62,419 nucleotides of DNA from an uncultured Gammaproteobacteria bacterium (GTDB lineage: Bacteria; Pseudomonadota; Gammaproteobacteria; Steroidobacterales; UBA11654). The notes under the pieces were generated by a model. It had not been told where the DNA came from. It searched no databases and saw only the letters and a list, made by a program, of their open reading frames with translations. The DNA lies in contig CAXGBD010000001.1 in assembly GCA_964008355.1 (NCBI GenBank), forward strand, positions 1 to 62,419, written 5' to 3'. Below, piece by piece: positions 38,055 to 48,727 of this stretch. How positions within the stretch are numbered: the first letter of the stretch is position 1; every line of letters begins with the position of its first letter. Both the position numbers and the translations under genes were made by a program.

Positions 38055-39161
38055 TTAGTTCGATGCATTGGGTTGAGGCATAATTTTACCTCCACCTAAA
38101 CATTCATCTTGTTCGTAAAACACCATGTATTGTCCATAAGTAATCGCCCATTGTGGTTCTTTAAAATCAACTTCCAACCCTTTTCGATTGGGCGTTATTT
38201 TGCATTGTACGTCCGATTGACGATACCGGTTTTTTGCAAAACAGTGGAAGCTTTTTTCTATTTCCAGATTTTTTATAGGCTCAGAGTGTAACCAACGGAC
38301 TTTTTCAACAAATACCTTTTGGGTCCATAAAATGGGATGCTCTCTTCCTTGGACAACTACCAGGCGGTTATTTTCCATGTCTTTTTTAGCAACATACCAT
38401 GGCTGATCTGGCTTGTTCTTAATTCCACCAATCCCAAGATCTTTTCGTTGGCCGATCGTGAAATACATTAACCCTTCATGACTCCCAAGCTCTTCACCTT
38501 CTTCGGATATAATCACCCCTGGTTTTGGAGGCAGAAAAGTTTTTAAAAAGTCTTTAAAAGGCCTCTCACCAATGAAACAAATTCCAGTGCTGTCTGGTTT
38601 GTTGTAATTAGGTAGTCCTTTTCTATTTGCGTACTCTCTGACTTCTTTTTTTGTCATTTCCCCAATCGGGAAAAGTATTGAGTTCATAATTTCTGGATTA
38701 ATCGAGTGTAGGAAATAACTTTGGTCCTTTTCCCGATCCAGTCCTTTTAATAGACTTAATCTTTGCTGATCTTTTTTGATTCGTGCGTAATGTCCTGTTG
38801 CTATTTTTTTTGCACCCAGTCTGAATGCATGGTTGGTAAAGTCATCAAATTTAATCATTCTATTGCAAAGCACATCAGGGTTTGGTGTTAACCCCATATC
38901 AAATTCTTTTAATGTTTGATCAAAAACTTTTTCTTTGTATTCTTTAGAAAAATTCACATGATGCAATGTTATACCCAACTCTCTACAGACCTGCCTTGTA
39001 TCTTGAAAATCTTGAGCTGCTGTGCAGAAGGGCTCGTCATCTTCCCAATTGGTCATGTGTAGGGCTTCTACTTCAAAACCTTGCTCGATCAGCATAGAAG
39101 CAGATACAGCAGAATCGACACCACCCGACATTCCTACCATGATTAAATTGTTCACTCCCAT
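38055..39161 (-). CDS. mnmA: tRNA 2-thiouridine(34) synthase
   Basis: PP-loop VGMSGGVDSAVSA, TGHYAR and STGICFIGE. 368 aa. Confidence 0.95.
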   Translation of the reverse strand: MGVNNLIMVGMSGGVDSAVSASMLIEQGFEVEALHMTNWEDDEPFCTAAQDFQDTRQVCRELGITLHHVNFSKEYKEKVFDQTLKEFDMGLTPNPDVLCNRMIKFDDFTNHAFRLGAKKIATGHYARIKKDQQRLSLLKGLDREKDQSYFLHSINPEIMNSILFPIGEMTKKEVREYANRKGLPNYNKPDSTGICFIGERPFKDFLKTFLPPKPGVIISEEGEELGSHEGLMYFTIGQRKDLGIGGIKNKPDQPWYVAKKDMENNRLVVVQGREHPILWTQKVFVEKVRWLHSEPIKNLEIEKSFHCFAKNRYRQSDVQCKITPNRKGLEVDFKEPQWAITYGQYMVFYEQDECLGGGKIMPQPNASN

Positions 39162-39178
39162 GTTGAATTACTTGGGAA

Positions 39179-40552
39179 CTATATTTTTTTTGCCAGTATT
39201 GATGCAAACCCAAGATAGTTGTTTGGAGACAGATCGAGCAATTCTTGTTGAACTGATTTTGAAACATCTAACGATTGGATAAATTGTTCGAAATGATTTT
39301 TATTAAAATCTTCTCCACGAGTTAAGTTTTTGAGTTGTTCATAGGCATTGTCAATATGTTCTCGACGTAAAATTGTCTGAATGGCTTCAGCAATAATTTC
39401 CCAGTGAGCATCAAGATCCTGTTTCATTTTGGCTTCATTGACTCTAATTTTTCCCAAACCTCTTTTCAGTGAGCTACAGGCAATTTCTGTGTGCCCAAAA
39501 CAAGAACCTATGTTTCTAAGAGCGGTAGAATCACTCAAATCTCTTTGCATTCTTGAATTAGATAGTTTGGAACTAAGATGGGTCAATAACGCATTAGCAA
39601 TTCCCAAATTTCCTTCTGCATTTTCGAAATCAATGGGATTGATTTTATGTGGCATGGTTGAGGAGCCCACTTCATTGCTATTCATTAGTTGTTCAAAATA
39701 ACCCATTGAAATGTAAAGCCAGAGATCTTTGCTGAAATTCAATAAAATATTATTCATTCTTATCATGCAATGGAATAATTCAGCGATCCAGTCATGAGGC
39801 TCAATTTGGGTGGTATAAGGATTGTTTGTTAAGTTTAAGGTTTGCAAGAAATTTTCTGAAACTTTTGGCCAATCAATATTTGGGTAAGCAATTTTATGAG
39901 CATTAAAATTCCCAACAGCACCATTCATTTTGGCCTTATATTTCAGTCTATCCAGTAAGTCGAATTGTTGTTCAAGACGATAGAGAAAATTAGCGAATTC
40001 TTTACCCATTGTGGTTGGTGTTGCGGGTTGTCCGTGGGTATGGGCTAGCATTGCCAGATCGTGCCATTGGTGCGAGAAAGATCTTAGTGATGATGTAATC
40101 TCTTCAAGGGAGATGCGGATGGCCTTCACCCCATTCTGAATCATCAAAGCATAGGAGATATTGTTGATGTCTTCAGATGTACAGCCAAAATGAATGAATG
40201 CAATATAGTCTTTAGAATTAGGCAGTGACGACAATTTATCTTGCAGGTAGTATTCAACTGCTTTGACGTCGTGATTGATTTCAGACTCAATTTCTTTGAC
40301 CTGTAGAGCCTCCTCTATAGAGAATTCATCAATAATCTTTTGCAATCCCTGACTGACCTCATTAGGCATCATTTTAATGTCTTTTATGTCTGCTTCTTGA
40401 GCCAAAAACTGAAGCCATTTTATTTCAGTAATAACTCGATATTTGATCAGAGATGCTTCGCTGAAGAGATCCCTTAAATGAGCACATTTTTCTGCGTACC
40501 TCCCATCTATTGGAGAGATTGCCTGCAGTTGATGTTTTTTCATGAAATTCAC
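39179..40552 (-). CDS. purB: adenylosuccinate lyase
   Basis: 457 aa. GSSTMPHKINPIDFEN fumarate-lyase signature in a PurB context. Confidence 0.95.
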   Translation of the reverse strand: MNFMKKHQLQAISPIDGRYAEKCAHLRDLFSEASLIKYRVITEIKWLQFLAQEADIKDIKMMPNEVSQGLQKIIDEFSIEEALQVKEIESEINHDVKAVEYYLQDKLSSLPNSKDYIAFIHFGCTSEDINNISYALMIQNGVKAIRISLEEITSSLRSFSHQWHDLAMLAHTHGQPATPTTMGKEFANFLYRLEQQFDLLDRLKYKAKMNGAVGNFNAHKIAYPNIDWPKVSENFLQTLNLTNNPYTTQIEPHDWIAELFHCMIRMNNILLNFSKDLWLYISMGYFEQLMNSNEVGSSTMPHKINPIDFENAEGNLGIANALLTHLSSKLSNSRMQRDLSDSTALRNIGSCFGHTEIACSSLKRGLGKIRVNEAKMKQDLDAHWEIIAEAIQTILRREHIDNAYEQLKNLTRGEDFNKNHFEQFIQSLDVSKSVQQELLDLSPNNYLGFASILAKKI

Positions 40553-40642
40553 CTGTACTTACAAAAGTGAATGATACACTAATCTTACTTTCTTGACCGC
40601 CATTGTGTGTGTATTATCGTATATGGATATGTGGAGTACAAA

Positions 40643-42022
40643 ATGACTGATAAAGATTATCGCCTAGAAAAAGACAGTATGGGGGAGCTTAAAGTACCGA
40701 GCGAAAAACACTGGGGGGCACAAACACAGCGTGCTTTAGAAAACTTTAAAATAAGTAATACTAAGATGCCGTCTGAATTCATTCAATCATTGGCTTTACT
40801 AAAATGGGCTATATCAGCTGCCAATTGTGATCTGGGTTTACTTTCAAGTGATAAATCACAAGCCATTGGTAAAATTGCACTAGAAATTGCAGAAGGCGAA
40901 TTTTCTGATGAGTTTCCAGTTGATGTTTTTCAAACAGGATCTGGAACCAGTACGAATATGAATATGAATGAGGTGATTGCTAATCTAGGCTCCTCTGAAG
41001 GCATGCCAATACATCCTAATGATGATGTCAATATGGGACAAAGTAGTAATGATGTGATCCCATCGGCAATCAACGTGGCATCAACACTTTTGATAAAAAA
41101 TAGTTTGCTTGGTTCTCTGTCACACCTACAAAAAACCCTTGAAGATAAATCCTCAAGCTTATCCGGTATTGTCAAAACAGGCAGAACTCATCTAATGGAT
41201 GCCATGCCTATAACTTTTGGTCAAGAAATAGGGGCATGGGCGAGCCAGATAGAGGCGGCAAAAAGACAATTTGAAGCAACTTTACCAACGATGCAACACC
41301 TAGCAATAGGGGGAACTGCTGTTGGCACAGGCGTTAACTCTCATCCTGACTTATCGGAGAAAGTTTCAAAACTACTCAATCAAAAAACAGGATTAAACTT
41401 TCAACCATCGACCGATTTATTCAAGGCCATAAGTGCTCAGGATGGATCATTGGAATTGTCATCCAATGCTCGAAATCTTGCAGTTGCCTTAATAAAAATT
41501 GCCAATGATCTGCGTTGGATGAATAGTGGACCGCTTGCTGGCTTAGGTGAAATATCACTCCCACCGTTGCAACCAGGAAGTAGTATTATGCCTGGGAAAG
41601 TGAATCCTGTTATACCTGAATCTGTTTTGATGGTTGCAGCCCAGGTCATAGGGAATGACGCAACTATTGTCCTCGCTGCACAGTCAGGTAATTTTCAGTT
41701 GAACGTGATGTTACCGGTGATTGCATTCAATCTTATTCAGTCTGTTTCACTTCTAAGTCATGCGTGTATGGCGCTAGCAGACAAAGCTATAAAGGACTTT
41801 GAGGTCAATCAAGACAATATAGACGCAGTGATCAACAAGAATCCAATATTAGTCACAGCATTAAACGATACGATTGGTTATGAACAGGGTGCGATCATCA
41901 TTAAGAAAGCTTATCAGGAAAAAAGAACCATTATTGATGTTGCTCTGGAGATGACCGAATTGGATGAGAGTGAATTGAAAGAATTATTGAACCCATCCAA
42001 TTTAACGAATAATAAGCTTTGA
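40643..42022 (+). CDS. fumC: class II fumarate hydratase
   Basis: EKDSMGELKVP, WGAQTQRALENF, QTGSGTSTNMNMNEV, GQSSNDV and GSSIMPGKVNP. I prefer the ATG at 40643 to the track start at 40607. Confidence 0.92.
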   Translation: MTDKDYRLEKDSMGELKVPSEKHWGAQTQRALENFKISNTKMPSEFIQSLALLKWAISAANCDLGLLSSDKSQAIGKIALEIAEGEFSDEFPVDVFQTGSGTSTNMNMNEVIANLGSSEGMPIHPNDDVNMGQSSNDVIPSAINVASTLLIKNSLLGSLSHLQKTLEDKSSSLSGIVKTGRTHLMDAMPITFGQEIGAWASQIEAAKRQFEATLPTMQHLAIGGTAVGTGVNSHPDLSEKVSKLLNQKTGLNFQPSTDLFKAISAQDGSLELSSNARNLAVALIKIANDLRWMNSGPLAGLGEISLPPLQPGSSIMPGKVNPVIPESVLMVAAQVIGNDATIVLAAQSGNFQLNVMLPVIAFNLIQSVSLLSHACMALADKAIKDFEVNQDNIDAVINKNPILVTALNDTIGYEQGAIIIKKAYQEKRTIIDVALEMTELDESELKELLNPSNLTNNKL

Positions 42023-42049
42023 AATCTGAAAAAACCATCCCTAACGATT

Positions 42050-42667
42050 GTGCTTGAAAACATCAGACAAAAATTTCAAGATAGCCATCTGTTTGATGAT
42101 CCAGTCACCAATGTAATGAATAGATTGCCTCAGGAAATTGTTGATAATTATCTGCAAAAAACTGATCTGAAGCACGCGGGTGTTTTGATAGGATTAGAAG
42201 AAAATGCAAAATCGGGCTTAAATGTTTTACTCACTAAAAGAACAACAAAACTCAAACAACATGCCGGTGAGATCAGCCTACCAGGAGGCACCTATGATCA
42301 ACAAAAAGACCAAGATATTCTTAGTACGGCTTTGAGAGAAGCCCATGAGGAAATTGGTCTTGATAAAGACCAAGCTGAAATATTAGGTTTTCTTGAGCCA
42401 CAAGTCAGTCTTGGAACCGGTTTCATTGTTACGCCTTTAATTGCAAGCATTGAGAGCAATTTTGTACCTAAAATAGATGCCAATGAAGTTGCAGAACTTT
42501 TTTCTGTACCCCTTAGTTTTTTTCTGGATCAAAACAATTTAAAACATGAATACCGAATTTTTGAGCAGATCAAATGGTCGGTTTATAGTTACAATTACCA
42601 CCAATATATGATTTGGGGCTTAACAGCCCAAATCATTCGAAAATTTTGTAAAGAATTAATCCAGTAA
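42050..42667 (+). CDS. nudL: CoA pyrophosphatase, Nudix hydrolase
   Basis: LLTKRTTKLKQHAGEISLPGG (CoA-Nudix signature) followed by the Nudix box REAHEEIGL. GTG start. Confidence 0.85.
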   Translation: MLENIRQKFQDSHLFDDPVTNVMNRLPQEIVDNYLQKTDLKHAGVLIGLEENAKSGLNVLLTKRTTKLKQHAGEISLPGGTYDQQKDQDILSTALREAHEEIGLDKDQAEILGFLEPQVSLGTGFIVTPLIASIESNFVPKIDANEVAELFSVPLSFFLDQNNLKHEYRIFEQIKWSVYSYNYHQYMIWGLTAQIIRKFCKELIQ

Positions 42668-42688
42668 TAATTAATTTAAGGTGATCCA

Positions 42689-43459
42689 TTGGAAAAATTA
42701 TTAGCCATTATGCAAGAACTTAGAGATCCTAAAACAGGTTGTCCTTGGGATATTGAGCAAACGTTTGATTCAATCTCAAACTGTGCTGTTGAGGAGGCCT
42801 ATGAGGTTGTTGAGTCCATAGAAGATCAAGATTTTCAACAACTAAAAAATGAATTAGGTGATTTGCTTTTTCAAGTAGTTTTTCATTCTGAAATGGCGAA
42901 CGAACTTAATCTGTTTAATTTTCAAGATGTTGTCGATTCAATTTCAGAGAAGTTGACAGCAAGACACCCACATGTTTTTGGTGAAGATCCAGTCAACGAT
43001 GCTAAAACTCAAGTAAATCTTTGGGAACACCATAAAATTAAGGAGATGAAACTAGCAGCTAGCGAGGTAAAAATTCTGGATGGGATCGGTACCAATCAGC
43101 CTGCTCTGAACCGGGCATTGAAACTCAGCAAGAGAGCTGCATCGGTTGGATTCGATTGGCAATCCGAGCAAGAAGTACTCACTAAAATTGCCGAAGAACT
43201 CGATGAGCTCAAAGTCGCTGTAGAGAACCAAGACAGTGAATCCATCAAAGAGGAGATAGGTGATCTTCTTTTTAGTGTTGTCAATATTGCTAGATACTCC
43301 CAACTTGATCCAGAGAACGCCTTAAGACAATCAAACCGAAAATTTGAAACTCGATTCGGAAAAATGGAAGAAAAACTTCTTGCTACAGATCAAAAAATGG
43401 AAAATTTATCTTTTACCGAAATGGACAGATTGTGGGAGCAGGTTAAAAGTCAGGAATAG
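42689..43459 (+). CDS. mazG: nucleoside triphosphate pyrophosphohydrolase MazG
   Basis: LRDPKTGCPWDIEQTF and two EExxE/D repeats (EEAYEVVE, EELDELK). TTG start. Confidence 0.9.
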   Translation: MEKLLAIMQELRDPKTGCPWDIEQTFDSISNCAVEEAYEVVESIEDQDFQQLKNELGDLLFQVVFHSEMANELNLFNFQDVVDSISEKLTARHPHVFGEDPVNDAKTQVNLWEHHKIKEMKLAASEVKILDGIGTNQPALNRALKLSKRAASVGFDWQSEQEVLTKIAEELDELKVAVENQDSESIKEEIGDLLFSVVNIARYSQLDPENALRQSNRKFETRFGKMEEKLLATDQKMENLSFTEMDRLWEQVKSQE

Positions 43460-43462
43460 AAA

Positions 43463-45301
43463 ATGAACCCTCTCGTTTCTGAACGATTTTCAATTCTAAA
43501 AAAATACAGCAGGCAATTATCCTCAAAGCCTGGCGTTTATTGTATGGTCAATGATAAAGAAACGATCGTCTATGTCGGTAAAGCAAAAAATTTGAGAAAA
43601 CGAGTAGGCAGTTACTTCAGTCAAACTAAGAACAACCAAAAATCTCAAGCAATTCTTTCAGCAACTTATGAGATTCATGTCACCATCACCAGAACCGAGA
43701 GAGAAGCTTTGATTTTGGAAAATAGTTTAATCAAAGAACACAAACCTCGTTTTAATATTTTACTCAAAGACAGTAAAAGCTATCCCTTTATAGAGGTGTC
43801 ATTAAGCGACGAATTTCCTCGTTTTTCATTCCATAGAGGCAAGCAGGATAGTAAAGGAGCCGTGTATTTTGGTCCATATCCCAATGTCAATGCTCTCAGA
43901 GACACACTCAGCCAATTGCAGAAAATATTTAGGTTGAGAAATTGCGAAAAGTCGTTTTTTAATCATCGATCTAGAGTCTGCCTACAACACCAAATTAAAA
44001 GATGCTCAGGACCTTGTGTGGGTATGATTGATAAAAAAGACTATACCTTTGATGTCAATCAGGGTCTCGAATATTTGAAAGGCAATAATCGTTTTGTCAT
44101 CGATGAATTTCTCAAGAAAATGGATCAAGCGTCTAACAATAAAGAATATGAGAAAGCTGCCTTTTATAGGGATCAAGTCAGTTCATTAAAGATGATTCAG
44201 GCCCACCAGTTTGCTGATGGCAAGATCCCGATCGATCTGGATGCCGTGGCATTGTCCTATGATTTGGACATGTTTTGTATTTCGGTTCTGTTTGTTCGTG
44301 GCGGTCGGATAATGGGAAGCAAAAACTTTTTTCCTACAAAAACAAAATTGGCAGGTGAGGAAGAAGTTCTAGAATCTTTTCTGATGCAATATTACCTTGA
44401 ACACGATGTTCCTAATGAAGTGATTATCAACCACAAAATTGATCACCTAGAAACTATTCAAGAAGTGTTGTCTGAGAAGACGAATCATTCAGTGCAAATC
44501 AAACTACGGGTGAGAATGGATCGAAAACAGTGGATCAAAATCGCAGCTACCAACTCCCAGGAAGCCTTGACAACAAAATTGGCAATCAGGTCAACCATCC
44601 GATCTCAATTACTATCCTTGTCAGAACTATTAGAACTGGAAGATGAAATTATCAAGATTGAATGCTTTGATATTAGCCATACGACCGGTGATAAATGTGT
44701 TGCGGCGTGCATCGCTTTTAATGGTGAAGGGTTTGAAAAGAAATCGTACAGGCGCTTTAATATTTCAGGAATTACTCCAAGTGATGATTATGCAGCGATC
44801 AAACAAGCAGTGTCTCGTCATTACAAAAAAGCATTGAAAGCAAACGATTTTTTACCCGATATAGTTATGATTGATGGAGGTAAGGGGCAATTGAATGTTG
44901 CCAGAGAAGCATTAATGGAATTAGGCATCAACGAGATACCTTTGATTGCGATAGCTAAAGGTATTCGAAGGAAATCGGGAGAAGAAAAAATCTTCCTCAA
45001 TGAGCAGCAAATTCCATTGTTTTTAGAGAAGCATTCTCCTGCGAGACACTTGTTACAAAAAATAAGAGACGAGGCACATCGCTTTGCGATCACTGGTCAC
45101 CGGGCAAAGAAAAGAAAAACATTGTTAACATCGGATTTAGAATCCATTGAAGGGATTGGCCCAGTTAAGAAAAAAAACCTCATCAGACAATTTGGAGGCA
45201 TTCAGGAAGTCAAAAGAGCCTCTGTTGAAGATTTGATGACAATCAATGGCATCAATAAGCCTTTAGCAAATAGAATTTATAATTTTTTTAACTCAAGCTG
45301 A
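43463..45301 (+). CDS. uvrC: excinuclease ABC subunit C
   Basis: GIY-YIG (PGVYCMV...VYVGKAKNLRKR), a UVR domain, and an endonuclease V-like plus HhH C-terminus. 612 aa. Confidence 0.95.
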   Translation: MNPLVSERFSILKKYSRQLSSKPGVYCMVNDKETIVYVGKAKNLRKRVGSYFSQTKNNQKSQAILSATYEIHVTITRTEREALILENSLIKEHKPRFNILLKDSKSYPFIEVSLSDEFPRFSFHRGKQDSKGAVYFGPYPNVNALRDTLSQLQKIFRLRNCEKSFFNHRSRVCLQHQIKRCSGPCVGMIDKKDYTFDVNQGLEYLKGNNRFVIDEFLKKMDQASNNKEYEKAAFYRDQVSSLKMIQAHQFADGKIPIDLDAVALSYDLDMFCISVLFVRGGRIMGSKNFFPTKTKLAGEEEVLESFLMQYYLEHDVPNEVIINHKIDHLETIQEVLSEKTNHSVQIKLRVRMDRKQWIKIAATNSQEALTTKLAIRSTIRSQLLSLSELLELEDEIIKIECFDISHTTGDKCVAACIAFNGEGFEKKSYRRFNISGITPSDDYAAIKQAVSRHYKKALKANDFLPDIVMIDGGKGQLNVAREALMELGINEIPLIAIAKGIRRKSGEEKIFLNEQQIPLFLEKHSPARHLLQKIRDEAHRFAITGHRAKKRKTLLTSDLESIEGIGPVKKKNLIRQFGGIQEVKRASVEDLMTINGINKPLANRIYNFFNSS

Positions 45302-45330
45302 TCTTTCTTCGTCAATCCATACTATAATCT

Positions 45331-45897
45331 GTGAACATGAATAGCACATACAATGTAGCCAATCTTCTGACTTTTGTCCGGATCGTTTGTATTCCTCTAA
45401 TCGTTATTATTTTTTTTCTGCCCACTGATCTTTCAAGACCTATAACTGCGGTAATTTTTATAGTAGCTTCCATCACCGATTGGTTAGATGGTTGGGTAGC
45501 AAGAGAATTTAATCAAAGTTCGAAACTGGGTGCATTTCTAGATCCAGTGGCTGACAAATTGATTGTTTCCGTGGCTTTAATTTTAATCGTGCAGAGCGAT
45601 CCCACTATTTTGAACAGTATCATTGCAGCTATCATTATAGGAAGAGAAATTACCGTTTCTGCATTGAGAGAGTGGATGTCGGAACTGGGAGCCCGTCATC
45701 AGGTTTCAGTCATCGGTTATGCCAAACTCAAAACCGTTCTGCAAATGTTTGGTCTATCCTTTATGCTTTATCAAATACCTATTTTCGGACTCCCTATTTA
45801 TACAATCGGTCAGCTTCTATTAGTCGTTGCTGCCATTCTAACTCTGTGGACTATGCTCGTTTATCTTACAAAGGCATGGCCCGTTATCATAAAATAG
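45331..45897 (+). CDS. pgsA: CDP-diacylglycerol--glycerol-3-phosphate 3-phosphatidyltransferase
   Basis: DWLDGWVAREFNQSSKLGAFLDPVADK motif. Directly downstream of uvrC, as in enterics. Start at GTG 45331 or ATG 45337. Confidence 0.9.
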   Translation: MNMNSTYNVANLLTFVRIVCIPLIVIIFFLPTDLSRPITAVIFIVASITDWLDGWVAREFNQSSKLGAFLDPVADKLIVSVALILIVQSDPTILNSIIAAIIIGREITVSALREWMSELGARHQVSVIGYAKLKTVLQMFGLSFMLYQIPIFGLPIYTIGQLLLVVAAILTLWTMLVYLTKAWPVIIK

Positions 45898-45909
45898 TGA
45901 CCCAAGATC

Positions 45910-47658
45910 ATGAAAGATAGAATCATTATAATTCTTGTTATTTGCCTACTGCCCATCACTGCTTTTGCCAAAGATGAACCTTTGGATGTATTTGAAAGAA
46001 TCATGGAAGAGCAATGGCAAAGGAGGCTCAATGAAAATCCAGTTTCCGCTTCCTATTTGGGAGACAAGAGAGCCAACCAGGACTGGCCTGATATTTCAAA
46101 TGCAGCTGTCCGTGAGCGACAGAAAAAAGACCGAGAAGTTCTGGATAAAATAAGATCGATTGACCCTGCAACATTACCAGAATCAGAGCAATTGAATTAT
46201 AGATTGTTTCTTTACAATTATGAGAGAGCTGTTGATGCTCAACGATTTGATCGTCATCTATTGCCATTTAGTCAAAGAGGTGGGATTCAACTGGAGCATG
46301 AAACAGCAGAGGGCTTATCCTTTCAGACAAAACAAGATTATGAAGATTGGTTGGTCAGGTTGACCAAGCTGCCGGCTTTAATTTCAGCCCATATTGAATT
46401 AGCAAAGCTAGGGATTCAAAAAGGTATTACTGCACCCAAGGTGTTGATGCAGAGAATTCCAAAACAAATTAGATTGCAAATGACCGATGACCCTAAAAAG
46501 AGTCCTTTCTATAAAGTTTTTAAAAATATTTCAGATAAAATTGATACCCAAGATCAGCTTCATATTCAACAACGGGCTCTGCTAGTGATTCAAGATCAGG
46601 TGATTCCAGCTTACCGTATCTTGGATAAATTTTTTATCAACGAGTACCTCCCTGCTGCTAGGGAATCCTATGGTGTCTACGATCTTCCCAATGGATACCA
46701 GTGGTATGAACAACTTTCAAAGTGGCACACCACAACAGCTCTTAGTCCTGATGAAATTCATCAGATAGGTCTGAGAGAGGTCCAAAGGATTCGAGGTGAA
46801 ATGCAAACGATCATTGAATCCCTCAATTGGGAAGGAACGTTTGATGAGTTCTTAACTTACCTTAGAACGGACCCACAGTTTTATTTTGAAACAGAAGAGG
46901 AATTACTCCAAGCATACCTGGCTACGTCTAAGAGAATTGATCCACTACTGACACGATTGTTTGATACTTTACCTAGGATGCCTTATGGCATTAAACCAAT
47001 TCCAATAGAATCTGCCCCTGATACTACTACAGCTTATTATATGAGTCCTGCTGCTGATGGCACTAGGGCGGGTTATTATTATGTGAATTTATATCGACCT
47101 GAAGTGAGACCTAAATATGAAATTGAAGTATTGTCAGTCCACGAAGCTGTGCCAGGGCATCATTTGCAAATAGCCTTGGCGATGGAATTAGAAAACATCC
47201 CAAATTTCAGGCGATTTTCAGGATACACTGCTTTTGTAGAAGGTTGGGGTTTGTATAGTGAGAGCTTAGGTGAAGAACTAGATCTGTATCAAGATCCTTA
47301 TTCTAAATTCGGAGCACTGACTTATGAAATGTGGCGTGCGATTCGTTTGGTTGTGGATACAGGAATGCATTATAAAGGTTGGAGCAGAGATGCAGCGATT
47401 GATTTTTTTAAAACTAATGCAGCAAAAACTGAACAAGATATTGTCAATGAGATTGACCGCTATTTAATTATGCCCGGACAAGCACTAGCTTATAAAATTG
47501 GTCAATTGAAGATATTGGAACTGAAGAACAGAGCCATTAAGGAACTAGGGGAATCGTTTGACATTAAGGCCTTTCACGATCTGATATTAGGGCAGGGTGC
47601 TCTTCCACTGAGCGTTCTAGAAGAGAGGGTTGATCAGTACTTACTAGAGCTCAAATAA
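45910..47658 (+). CDS. exported DUF885 family protein (putative metallopeptidase-like)
   Basis: Signal peptide and the conserved VHEAVPGHHLQ block. 582 aa. Confidence 0.8.
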   Translation: MKDRIIIILVICLLPITAFAKDEPLDVFERIMEEQWQRRLNENPVSASYLGDKRANQDWPDISNAAVRERQKKDREVLDKIRSIDPATLPESEQLNYRLFLYNYERAVDAQRFDRHLLPFSQRGGIQLEHETAEGLSFQTKQDYEDWLVRLTKLPALISAHIELAKLGIQKGITAPKVLMQRIPKQIRLQMTDDPKKSPFYKVFKNISDKIDTQDQLHIQQRALLVIQDQVIPAYRILDKFFINEYLPAARESYGVYDLPNGYQWYEQLSKWHTTTALSPDEIHQIGLREVQRIRGEMQTIIESLNWEGTFDEFLTYLRTDPQFYFETEEELLQAYLATSKRIDPLLTRLFDTLPRMPYGIKPIPIESAPDTTTAYYMSPAADGTRAGYYYVNLYRPEVRPKYEIEVLSVHEAVPGHHLQIALAMELENIPNFRRFSGYTAFVEGWGLYSESLGEELDLYQDPYSKFGALTYEMWRAIRLVVDTGMHYKGWSRDAAIDFFKTNAAKTEQDIVNEIDRYLIMPGQALAYKIGQLKILELKNRAIKELGESFDIKAFHDLILGQGALPLSVLEERVDQYLLELK

Positions 47659-48672
47659 TATTTCGAAATTAGTTTGTAGTAGCAATTCTATCTCTTCTGC
47701 GGTATATCCTGTGTCTTGCATGGCAGTTAAAAAGCGATCCAAGTGACTCTTTGTATAACCTGGGAATTGGGGCCCATCTGAGCCATAAATGACCTTACCA
47801 ATGAGACCATTCTCTTTAATGATTTTTAGGTATTCAGGTAGAACTTTTTCAGCCTTGCTGGCTCCCAAAGCACCTGGTTCTAAATAGACATTGTCGTATC
47901 TTTTTGCCAAGGTAATGGCAGAATCCAGATAAGTCAGTGAAACAGTAGCACTATCGTATCCAGAATGACCAAGAATAAATTGAGTGTTTGGATATTTTCT
48001 GATTGAATTTTCTAGATATATTGGATCTACGTAGGGAGGTTCGAGTCTAGTGTAGGGGTTTGGACTGGTTCCGGTGTGAACATATATAGGTTTATTTAAA
48101 CGCCCTGAAATTTCATAAATACCATCAAAGCGATCGTCATCCAACCTGATTTGTTGGTGAGCATGAGCTATTTTCAAACCAACCATATTGTATTTTCCGA
48201 TATCTTGTTCAAGTTTCTCAAGTTGATATTCACTGTCTAGGTTCCAGTGATCAACTCGTATACTTGCAAAGCCTAACATCCGATCGGGATAATTCCTGAT
48301 TTGTTCGTTCAGAAATTCATTACTGGCAATGCCAGTAGTGTCTGGGCTGTAGACTGCAAAAACACCAGCCCTTCGGATACCGGCTTTATTCAGTTGTTTA
48401 ATGATTCCCTCAGAGGTAGTGCCATTGGCAAGTAAATATTTGATTACAAATTTAAATGGTTTGGGAACTCGTTCAGAATATCTTTTCTTGTAAGGCTCAG
48501 TTAACGCCTCCCAGGTACCTGTGTGCATATGCATATCAATGACATCGATGACCTTACCCTCAAGAGTCACTCCAAAAGTTTGATTGTCAGAACTGGCGTC
48601 ACTAGTAAAGTAACGAATACCTAAAAAAAGAAGGATTATTATCAGAACGGATCTAAATATAATTTTTTTCAT
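47644..48672 (-). CDS. amidohydrolase-family metal-dependent hydrolase with N-terminal anchor/signal
   Basis: IDMHMHTG metal-binding start, HAH, HSGYD and GSDGP. Hydrophobic N-terminus. Confidence 0.7.
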   Translation of the reverse strand: MKKIIFRSVLIIILLFLGIRYFTSDASSDNQTFGVTLEGKVIDVIDMHMHTGTWEALTEPYKKRYSERVPKPFKFVIKYLLANGTTSEGIIKQLNKAGIRRAGVFAVYSPDTTGIASNEFLNEQIRNYPDRMLGFASIRVDHWNLDSEYQLEKLEQDIGKYNMVGLKIAHAHQQIRLDDDRFDGIYEISGRLNKPIYVHTGTSPNPYTRLEPPYVDPIYLENSIRKYPNTQFILGHSGYDSATVSLTYLDSAITLAKRYDNVYLEPGALGASKAEKVLPEYLKIIKENGLIGKVIYGSDGPQFPGYTKSHLDRFLTAMQDTGYTAEEIELLLQTNFEILFEL

Positions 48673-48727
48673 ATCAATACAGAGCTTATTCTAGTCAATA
48701 TATCAGGAAGTTGGCTCCAATCGTTTA

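Noticed and set aside
40607-42022. Aspartate ammonia-lyase instead of fumarase; upstream alternative start at 40607
   Set aside because: The GSSIMPGKVNPV tail is slightly AspA-like. However, WGAQTQR, QTGSGT..NMNMNEV and SQSSNDV-type blocks are FumC-specific. The 12 extra N-terminal residues (MCIIVYGYVEYK) look non-native, so the ATG at 40643 is preferred.
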